DNA of 32,000 nucleotides from Candidatus Saccharimonadota bacterium (lineage in GTDB: Bacteria > Bacteroidota > Bacteroidia > Flavobacteriales > Blattabacteriaceae), in assembly GCF_014251775.1 (NCBI RefSeq), contig NZ_CP059199.1, forward strand, positions 450,001 to 482,000, in the 5' to 3' direction. The position numbers were made by a program, and so were the translations under genes. Positions 17,099 through 25,536 of the stretch are shown here, one piece after another. Position 1 is the first letter of the stretch. Every line of letters begins with the position of its first letter. The notes under the pieces are model-generated. The model ran no database searches. It saw nothing but the letters and a program-made list of their open reading frames with translations, and had not been told where the DNA came from.

Positions 17099-19861
17099 AT
17101 GGAATATAATTTTAAAGAAATAGAAAAAAAATGGAAAATATTTTGGAAAAAATATAATATTTTTCGAATAATAGAAAATAAAAATAAAAAAAAATATTAT
17201 ATATTAAATATGTTTCCTTATCCATCTGGATCGGGATTACATATTGGACATTGCTTAGGTTATATAGCATCAGATATTTATGCAAGATATAAAAGATTAA
17301 AAGGTTTTAATGTTTTAAATCCTATGGGGTTTGATTCATTTGGTTTACCAGCAGAACAATATGCTATACTAACTGGAAAAAATCCAGATGAAACTACTCA
17401 TAAAAATGAAAAAAATTATAAAAATCAAATGGAAAATATAGGAATTTCTTTTGATTGGAGTAGAATATTAAGTACTAGGAATCCGTCTTATTATTGTTGG
17501 ACTCAATGGATGTTTATACAAATTTTTAATTCCTGGTATGATAAAAATGATAATAAAGCAAAGTCAATCAATATTTTAATTAATGAATTTAAAAAAAATG
17601 GAAATTATTCAATAAATGCTTATACTACTTATGAAAAAAAATTTAATGATAAATACTGGAATAAATCTTCTTTAAATGATAAAGAAACAATTCTTCAAAA
17701 TTATCGTTTAGCATTTTTATCGAATAATATTGTTAATTGGTGTCCAAAATTGGGAACAGTATTAGCGAATGATGAAATAAATAATGGAAAAAGCATAAGA
17801 GGAGGATATTTAGTATATAAAAAAAAAATGCTACAATGGAATATAAGAATAACTGCTTATTCAAAAAGACTTATTAAAGGATTAAATTCAATAGAATGTT
17901 CAAAATCTTTAAAAAGATCACAAATTAATTGGATTGGAGAAAAAAAAATATTTAATATCTATTTTAAAATAGAAAATTCATCTTTTAGTAAAAGAATAGA
18001 ATTACCTATTATTTATCCAGAATTTATATTTGGAATTACTTTTATTGTTTTATCAAAAGATCATTTTCTTTCAAAAGAATTATTCTATAAAAAAAATAGT
18101 TTAAATCATATTAAAAATAATATTCACAATAAAAAGTATGAATTAAATTCAGTAATTTTTACTCAAAATTACGTTATACATCCTTTTATCGAAAAAAAAA
18201 TTCCAATTTTTATTAGCGATTTTTTTTATCTCAAAGAAAAGAAAAAAATTACTGTTGGAATTCCTGGATATGAAAAATCTAGTAAAGAATTTGCTTCTAA
18301 ATTTAAATTAGAAATAATTCCTATATATCAAAAAAAAGAAAAAAATAAAATATGTATTAATTCTTTTTTTTTGAATGGATTAAATTTAAAAGATGCAAGA
18401 AAAAAAATTATAAATTATGCATTAAAAAAAAATGTTGGAAAATATAGAAAAAATTATAAAATGCATGATGCAACATTTTCTAGACAAAGATATTGGGGAG
18501 AACCTATCCCAATCTTTTTTAAGAATGGAATACCTAATCCAATTCCATTAAAAAGTTTACCATTATTATTGCCTAAAATTAATGATTTTCATCCTAAAAA
18601 TGGAAAATCACCATTATCTAATATTGATAAATGGTCTTGGAATGAAAAAACTATGAAAATAGTATCCAATAAATTAATAGATAATAAAAATATTTTTCCA
18701 TTAGAAACTAGCACAATGCCAAGTTGGGCCGGATCAAGTTGGTATTTTTTACGTTATATGGATGTTAATAACAATAAATTTTTTATATCTAAAGAAAAAG
18801 AAAATTATTGGAAAAATGTTGATTTATACATTGGAGGGGCTGAACATAGCACTGGCCATTTAATTTATGCAAGATTTTGGAATAAATTTTTAAAAGATAG
18901 AAATTGGATTACAACTGATGAACCTTTTAAAAAAATATTAAATCAGGGAATGATGCTAAATCATTCAGCTATTATTTTAAAAGTCATTGGAAAAAATATT
19001 ATAGTATCTTTTAATTTAAAAAAAGAAAAAGATTTTTCCTTTCAAGAAATATATATAGATATTTCTTTAGTAAAAAATTATAATCAAATAGACTTGAATA
19101 AATTCATAAAATTTTATCCAAAATTCAAAAATTTTAATTTTTTTTTAGAAAATGGAAAACTTTTATGTAAAAGAAAATTAGAAAAAATGTCTAAATCTAA
19201 ATATAATATAATTAATCCAGATTCTATTATCCATAAATATGGATCAGATATTTTTCGTATGTATGAAATGTTTTTAGGACCAATTAGTCAATCAAAATTT
19301 TGGGAAGAAAAAAAAATAATAGGAATTAAAAAATTTATTAATAAATTTTGGAATTTATTTCACCAAAAAAATAAATTTAAAATAACTGAAAAAAAACCAA
19401 ATATTTTAGAATATAAAATATTACATAATTTTATTCAAGAAATAGATAAAAAAATAGAATCATATTCATTCAATACCTGTATTAGTTCTTTTATGATAAT
19501 CACTAATAAACTAATCCAACTGAAATGCAATAAAAGAAAAATTCTTCAACCACTAATTCAATTAATTTCACCGTTTGCTCCTTGTTTATCTGAAGAATTA
19601 TGGAATAAAATTGGAGAAAAAAAATCTATTATGGATTATTATCTTCCTTCTTTTAATTCAAAAAATTTACTAGAAAAAAAAATAAAATATTCCGTAATGT
19701 TTAATGGAAAATTAAAATTTATAGAAAATTTTGATAAAGATATTTCTATAAACGAAATTAAAAAAATAATTTTGAATCATCATAAATTAAAAATTTTAAA
19801 AGAAAAAAGTATAAAAAAATTAATTATAATACCAAAAAAAATAATAAATATTTTATATTAA
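17099..19861 (+). CDS. leuS: Leucyl-tRNA synthetase
   Basis: 920 aa. Motifs: PYPSGSGLHIGH (HIGH), NWCPKLGTVLANDE, NWIG, SRQRYWGEPIPIFF, GGAEHSTGHLIYARFW, and KMSKSKYN (KMSKS). The CP1 editing insertion is present but its catalytic motifs are substituted (see findings). Confidence 0.95.
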   Translation: MEYNFKEIEKKWKIFWKKYNIFRIIENKNKKKYYILNMFPYPSGSGLHIGHCLGYIASDIYARYKRLKGFNVLNPMGFDSFGLPAEQYAILTGKNPDETTHKNEKNYKNQMENIGISFDWSRILSTRNPSYYCWTQWMFIQIFNSWYDKNDNKAKSINILINEFKKNGNYSINAYTTYEKKFNDKYWNKSSLNDKETILQNYRLAFLSNNIVNWCPKLGTVLANDEINNGKSIRGGYLVYKKKMLQWNIRITAYSKRLIKGLNSIECSKSLKRSQINWIGEKKIFNIYFKIENSSFSKRIELPIIYPEFIFGITFIVLSKDHFLSKELFYKKNSLNHIKNNIHNKKYELNSVIFTQNYVIHPFIEKKIPIFISDFFYLKEKKKITVGIPGYEKSSKEFASKFKLEIIPIYQKKEKNKICINSFFLNGLNLKDARKKIINYALKKNVGKYRKNYKMHDATFSRQRYWGEPIPIFFKNGIPNPIPLKSLPLLLPKINDFHPKNGKSPLSNIDKWSWNEKTMKIVSNKLIDNKNIFPLETSTMPSWAGSSWYFLRYMDVNNNKFFISKEKENYWKNVDLYIGGAEHSTGHLIYARFWNKFLKDRNWITTDEPFKKILNQGMMLNHSAIILKVIGKNIIVSFNLKKEKDFSFQEIYIDISLVKNYNQIDLNKFIKFYPKFKNFNFFLENGKLLCKRKLEKMSKSKYNIINPDSIIHKYGSDIFRMYEMFLGPISQSKFWEEKKIIGIKKFINKFWNLFHQKNKFKITEKKPNILEYKILHNFIQEIDKKIESYSFNTCISSFMIITNKLIQLKCNKRKILQPLIQLISPFAPCLSEELWNKIGEKKSIMDYYLPSFNSKNLLEKKIKYSVMFNGKLKFIENFDKDISINEIKKIILNHHKLKILKEKSIKKLIIIPKKIINILY

Positions 19862-19922
19862 ATATTTATTTACGTTATTTATATTTTTCGAAATATTAAA
19901 TTATGTAAAAAAACTTTCTTTT

Positions 19923-21356
19923 ATGTCAAAAAAAAACCATATAACTGGTTCTCATAATAATTTTTTTAATTGTATAGAAAAAAATTTTAACAAAGCTGCA
20001 CAATATTTATCTGTTGATAAAGGTTTATTAGATCATATTAAATCTTGTAATTCAATATATAAAATTAATTTTCCTATAAAAATAGATAACAAAATAAAAG
20101 TCATAGAAGCGTATAGGGTGCAACATTCTCATCATAAACTACCTTGTAAAGGAGGAATTAGATATAGCAATACAGTTAGTCATAATGAAATTATGAATTT
20201 AGCTGGTTTAATGACTTATAAATGTGCCATAATGGATGTTCCTTTTGGAGGTGCCAAGGGGGGTATAAAAGTTGATACCCAAATTATTTCAAAAGAAGAT
20301 ATCGAAAAGGTAACTAGACGTTATGTTGATGAATTAATTAAAAGAAATTTTATTGGACCAAAAATTGATGTTCCCGCTCCTGATTATGGAAGTGGAGAAA
20401 GAGAAATGAATTGGATTCTAGATACTTTTGTCTCTTTATATCCTAATAATATTGATGCTCTAGCTTGTGTAACAGGGAAATCGGTCTCTCAAGGTGGGAT
20501 CGAAGGAAGAAAAGAATCTACTGGATTAGGAATTTTTCACGGAATTAAAGGGCTATGTGAAATAAAGGATGAGATGCGTTCTGTTGGATTAGATGTTGGA
20601 ATAGAAGGAAAAAAAGTAATTATTCAAGGATTAGGAAATGTTGGATATTATGCTGCTAACTTTTTACACAAATCAGGCGCTATTATTATTGCTTTAGCAG
20701 AAAGAGAAGGGGCAATATATAATGAAAAAGGATTAAACGTTTCTAAAGTAGTTTCTCATTTACAGGCAACAGGTTCTTTATTAAATTTTCCAAATGCAAA
20801 AAATATAAAAAATTCAGAAAAAGCACTAGAATTAGAATGTGATATTTTAATACCAGCTGCATTAGAAAATGTTATACATAAAAACAATGCTAATCGTATA
20901 AAAGCTAAAATTATAGGTGAAGCAGCTAATGGACCAATTACATATGAAGCGGATGAAATACTTGAAAAAAAAGGAATTATAATTATTCCAGATATTTATC
21001 TAAATTCTGGAGGTGTAATAGTTTCTTATTTTGAATGGTTAAAAAATTTGAGTCATATAAGTTATAATAAAATGGAGAAAAAAATTAGTAAAAATATGAA
21101 TGTTGGGTTATTGAAAATAATTCAAGCAATTTGTTCTAAAAATAGAATTGAAAAAGGACAACAAACAAATTTTCTAAAAGAATCAAAAGAAATCGATTTA
21201 GTTCGTTTGGGTTTAAAAGAATCTATGAATAAGGGATTTCAAGAAATTTTAGAGATAAAAAAATCCTTAAAAATAAATAATATAAGAACTTCTGCTTTTT
21301 TATTAGCTATTAATAAAATTATTCATTCTTATGAAAAATCGGATATGTTTCCTTAA
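19923..21356 (+). CDS. gdhA: Glutamate dehydrogenase (Glu/Leu/Phe/Val dehydrogenase family, GLUD1-like subtype)
   Basis: 477 aa. Motifs: [41 protein letters not shown] (catalytic Lys), [39 protein letters not shown], Rossmann QGLGNVG, and [14 protein letters not shown]. Confidence 0.9.
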   Translation: [477 protein letters not shown]

Positions 21357-21375
21357 AAAAGTTTAAAAATCTACC

Positions 21376-22113
21376 ATGAAGTATAAAAGATCATTATTAA
21401 AACTAAGTGGAGAAGCTCTTATGGGGGGTAATGAATTTGGACTTCATTCCACTAGTCTTAAACAATATGCTGAAGAAGTTAAAAAAGTAGTAGATATGGG
21501 GGGACAAGTTGCTATAGTAATAGGTGGTGGAAATATATTTAGAGGATTTTCTTCTTCTAGAATCAGAGAAAAAATAATTAGTCGAATAAACGGGGACTAT
21601 ATGGGGATGTTAGCAACTGTAATAAATGGAATTGCTTTTCAATCTTATTTAGAAAATATAGGAATATGCACCAACATACAAACAGCTATTAAAATGGATC
21701 CAATAGTAGAACCTTTTGAAAAAGATATAGCTATTCGTTATCTTGAAAAAGGAAGAGTAGTTATATTTGTAGCTGGAACAGGAAATCCTTATTTTACTAC
21801 CGATACAGCCGCTGTTTTACGTGCAAAAGAAATAAAAGCGGATGTTTTACTCAAAGGAACTAGAGTAGATGGAGTTTACACAAAAGATCCAGAAAAAGAT
21901 CAATATGCTAAAAAATTAGAAAATATATCTTTCGATATGGCTTATCAAATGAAAATTAAAGTAATGGATCAAACAGCATTTATTTTAGCAAATGAAAATA
22001 ACTTACCTATTATTATTTTCGATATTAATAAAGAAGAAAATTTTAAAAAGGTAATTTCAGGAGAAAAGATAGGGACTTTAGTTTATAAAAATAAAAAATT
22101 ATGGAAGAACTAA
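21376..22113 (+). CDS. pyrH: UMP kinase
   Basis: 245 aa. Motifs: LLKLSGEALMG, VIGGGNIFRG, DYMGMLATVINGIAFQ, FVAGTGNPYFTTDTAAVLRA, and GVYTKDP. Confidence 0.93.
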   Translation: MKYKRSLLKLSGEALMGGNEFGLHSTSLKQYAEEVKKVVDMGGQVAIVIGGGNIFRGFSSSRIREKIISRINGDYMGMLATVINGIAFQSYLENIGICTNIQTAIKMDPIVEPFEKDIAIRYLEKGRVVIFVAGTGNPYFTTDTAAVLRAKEIKADVLLKGTRVDGVYTKDPEKDQYAKKLENISFDMAYQMKIKVMDQTAFILANENNLPIIIFDINKEENFKKVISGEKIGTLVYKNKKLWKN

Positions 22114-22655
22114 AAGTTATTGTTGATTCTTGCAATAAAGAAATGGATAAGATACTTAATAATCTTAAACAAGATATTTTTCATATACGATTGGGAAGCA
22201 GATCAATTATTGTTCTTTTAGAAAAAATGAAAGTAAAGTGTTACAATACTTTACTTTCATTATCAGAAATTGCAAATATTACAATTATAGATAATATGAA
22301 TATTACTATTCAACCCTGGGATCTTTCGATTATTGGAAATATTGATAAGACTATTATTGATGCTAATTTAGGATTTACTCCAGTTAATAAAGGTAAATTA
22401 ATTCATATTAATTTACCAATTATTACAGAAGAAAGTAGAAAGAATTTATTAAAAAAAATAAAAAATTATACTGAAAAATCTAAAATTCTAATAAGAAAAA
22501 TTAGAAAAATCAATAATCAACGTATTAAAAACATAAAAATATCTGAAGATTTATCCAAAATTGGAGAAAATGAAATTCAAAAAATTACTACTCTATATAT
22601 AAATAAAATAGAAGATATTTTTATTTCTAAAAAAAAAGAAATATTAACCATATAA
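22101..22655 (+). CDS. frr: Ribosome recycling factor
   Basis: 184 aa. The typical RRF layout is present (...IRLGSRS..., ITIQPWD, LGFTPVNKGKLIHINLPIITEESRKNLLKKIK). The ATG overlaps the pyrH 3' end by 13 nt. Confidence 0.9.
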   Translation: MEELKVIVDSCNKEMDKILNNLKQDIFHIRLGSRSIIVLLEKMKVKCYNTLLSLSEIANITIIDNMNITIQPWDLSIIGNIDKTIIDANLGFTPVNKGKLIHINLPIITEESRKNLLKKIKNYTEKSKILIRKIRKINNQRIKNIKISEDLSKIGENEIQKITTLYINKIEDIFISKKKEILTI

Positions 22656-22662
22656 ATGAATA

Positions 22663-24060
22663 ATGGTAAAAAAATATTCGGTTAAAGAAATTTTAGATAA
22701 AGAATTTTCCATTTTAGATTATAAAGTTATAGTAGAGGGATGGGTACGTTCTTATCGAAATTCGATTTTCGTTATTTTAAATGATGGATCAACCGTTAAA
22801 AATTTACAAATTATTTTATCCAAAAGAATGGATAAAAGAATCACTAAAGAAATAACAATAGGAACTTCTGTTAAAGTTATCGGTATAATTCAAAAAAGTA
22901 TAGGGGAAAAACAAAATATTGAATTAAAATGTTCTGATCTTATTATATATAAATCAGTAGATTCAAAAAAATTACAAAAATCTATATTACAACCAAAACA
23001 ACATAGTCTAGAAAAGATTAGAAATCAATCTCATTTACGTTTTCAAACGAATATTTTTAGTTGTTTAATGCGAATTAGACATTTTATATCTTTTTCTATT
23101 CATAATTTTTTTCATATAAAAAATTTTTTTTGTTTACACACTCCAATTATTACAGCTTATGATTGTGAAGGAGTTGGAAAAATGTTCCGAGTAACTACAT
23201 TAAAAAATAATCTATTAGATTATTCAAATGATTTTTTTAAACGTAAAACTTATTTAAGTGTATCTGGTCAGTTAGAAGCAGAAGCAGCTATTATTGGATT
23301 AGGAAAAGTATATACTTTTGGTCCTGTATTTCGAGCGGAAAATTCAAATACTACTAGACATTTATCAGAATTTTGGATGGTTGAACCAGAAATGGCATTT
23401 TTTTCTTTAAAAGAATGTATTGATTTGGCGGAAGAATTTTTAAAATTTATTATTCAATTTATTTTAGATAAATGCATTGAAGATTTATCATTTTTAAATA
23501 AAAATTTAAAAAAATGGGATAAAATAAAAAATAATTTTCTTATTAAAAGATTAGAATCTTTATTAAATATTTCATTCTATCGTATCACTTATACAAATGC
23601 GATAGAAATTTTGAAAAAAAATAAAACTATAAGATTTATACATCCAGTTACTTGGGGAATGGATTTACAATCGGAACATGAAAAATTTTTAACAAATTAT
23701 TATTTCAAAGGATCCCCAGTAGTGGTATTTGATTATCCTTCTTCTATTAAAGCATTTTACATGCGTGTAAATGACGATAATAAAACAGTTAGTGCTATGG
23801 ATATATTATTTCCAGAAATAGGCGAAATAATTGGAGGGTCTCAAAGAGAAGAACGTTATAAAATTTTATTAAATAGAATTAAAAAATTCAATATAAATAA
23901 AAATATACTTTGGTGGTATTTAGATACTAGATGTTTCGGATCTGTTCCTCATAGTGGATTTGGATTAGGATTCGACCGTTTAGTTCAATTTATTACAGGA
24001 ATGGATAATATTAGAGATGTTATTCCGTTTCCAAGAACTCCTGGATCTGCTGAATTTTGA
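22663..24060 (+). CDS. asnS: Asparaginyl-tRNA synthetase
   Basis: 465 aa class IIb synthetase. It has an N-terminal OB fold (VEGWVRSYRNS), motif 2 FRAENSNTTRHLSEFWMVEPE, and motif 3 GFGLGFDRLVQFITGMDNIRDVIPFPRTPG. TGA stop. Confidence 0.93.
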   Translation: MVKKYSVKEILDKEFSILDYKVIVEGWVRSYRNSIFVILNDGSTVKNLQIILSKRMDKRITKEITIGTSVKVIGIIQKSIGEKQNIELKCSDLIIYKSVDSKKLQKSILQPKQHSLEKIRNQSHLRFQTNIFSCLMRIRHFISFSIHNFFHIKNFFCLHTPIITAYDCEGVGKMFRVTTLKNNLLDYSNDFFKRKTYLSVSGQLEAEAAIIGLGKVYTFGPVFRAENSNTTRHLSEFWMVEPEMAFFSLKECIDLAEEFLKFIIQFILDKCIEDLSFLNKNLKKWDKIKNNFLIKRLESLLNISFYRITYTNAIEILKKNKTIRFIHPVTWGMDLQSEHEKFLTNYYFKGSPVVVFDYPSSIKAFYMRVNDDNKTVSAMDILFPEIGEIIGGSQREERYKILLNRIKKFNINKNILWWYLDTRCFGSVPHSGFGLGFDRLVQFITGMDNIRDVIPFPRTPGSAEF

Positions 24061-24069
24061 ATTATTAAA

Positions 24070-25536
24070 ATGTTAAAACAACAATTATCACAAAAAGAAC
24101 AACATAATTTATCCCCTCAGCAGATAAAACTTATGAAGTTAATTCAATTATCTGTTATAGATTTTGAAAAAAAAGTTAGACAAGAACTAGATGATAATCC
24201 TGCATTAGAATCAGAATTATATTCTAATTGTTTATCTGAGAAAGATGAAAAATTTTATGAAAACGAAAATTATATAGAAACAGAAGATGAAAAAAATTGT
24301 AATCTATCAGAAGATATCGATGATTATTTAAATGAATATAAATCAAAAGAAAATTATAATGCATTTAATAAAATTAATGAAAAATTTAATAATAAAAATA
24401 TCCCTATTATTTTTAAACATTCTTTTCAAGAATTTTTAAAAAATCAATTGCATACTTCTTTTTTTTTAAATAAAAAAGATTTGTTGATAGCTGATTTTAT
24501 ATTAGGAAATATAGATAATAATGGATATTTAAGAAGAAAAATAGAATCTATAGAAAGAGATTTATTTTTGATTTTTGGAATCAAGGTCACTAAAGACAAA
24601 ATAAAAAAATTACTTATAAAGTATATACAAAAATTAGAACCTATTGGTATAGGAGCTAGAAATTTACAGGAATGTTTATTAATTCAATTAAATAAAAAAA
24701 ATAAAAATAAAAAAATAATTTTTGCAAAAAAAATAATTCAAAATTGTTTTGAATTATTTATAAAAAAACATTATAAAAAAATCCAAAAAAAATTTAATAT
24801 AAATAAAAATCTACTTAAAGAAATATTATCTCAAATCAATAAATTAAATCCAAAACCTGGATTAATTTATTCTGAAAATTCTACTACAGAATTAGATTAT
24901 ATTATTCCAGATTTCACCATATCCATTTTAGACGAAAAATTAAAATTAACATTAAATCAAAGAAATATTCCAGAATTAAAAATATCATCTATATATTTAA
25001 AAATGTTTAAACATTATAAATATGTTAAAAATGATGAAAAAACTTTAATTTTTATTAAAAAAAAAATTAATTCTGCAAAATGGTTTATAGATGCTGTAAA
25101 ACAACGTGAAAATACTCTTATGTTAACAATGAATGCAATCATAAATTATCAAAAAGAATATTTTTTAACTGGAGATCAATCAAAAATTAAACCAATGATT
25201 TTAAAAAATATTTCTCAAAAAATTGGATTAGGAATATCTACAATATCACGTGTAGCTAATAGTAAATACATTGATACACCATATGGTATTTTTTTAATAA
25301 AAAATTTTTTTTCTGAAAAAATGATAAATAAAGAAGGAAAATACATTTCTTCTATTGAAATTAAAGAATTCTTGGGAGAATTAATTTATAATGAAAATAA
25401 AGAAAAACCATTTACAGATGAAGAATTATCTGGAATACTTAAAAAAAAAGGATATATTGTTGCTAGAAGAACCATTGCAAAATATAGAAATCAAATGGAA
25501 ATACCAGTAGCAAGAATGAGAAAAATGATTAAGTAA
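24070..25536 (+). CDS. rpoN: RNA polymerase sigma-54 factor
   Basis: 488 aa. It has a Gln/Leu-rich region I (MLKQQLSQKEQHNLSPQQIKLMKLIQLS), an acidic region II, a core-binding region, an HTH (ISQKIGLGISTISRV), and the RpoN box ARRTIAKYR. Confidence 0.92.
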   Translation: MLKQQLSQKEQHNLSPQQIKLMKLIQLSVIDFEKKVRQELDDNPALESELYSNCLSEKDEKFYENENYIETEDEKNCNLSEDIDDYLNEYKSKENYNAFNKINEKFNNKNIPIIFKHSFQEFLKNQLHTSFFLNKKDLLIADFILGNIDNNGYLRRKIESIERDLFLIFGIKVTKDKIKKLLIKYIQKLEPIGIGARNLQECLLIQLNKKNKNKKIIFAKKIIQNCFELFIKKHYKKIQKKFNINKNLLKEILSQINKLNPKPGLIYSENSTTELDYIIPDFTISILDEKLKLTLNQRNIPELKISSIYLKMFKHYKYVKNDEKTLIFIKKKINSAKWFIDAVKQRENTLMLTMNAIINYQKEYFLTGDQSKIKPMILKNISQKIGLGISTISRVANSKYIDTPYGIFLIKNFFSEKMINKEGKYISSIEIKEFLGELIYNENKEKPFTDEELSGILKKKGYIVARRTIAKYRNQMEIPVARMRKMIK

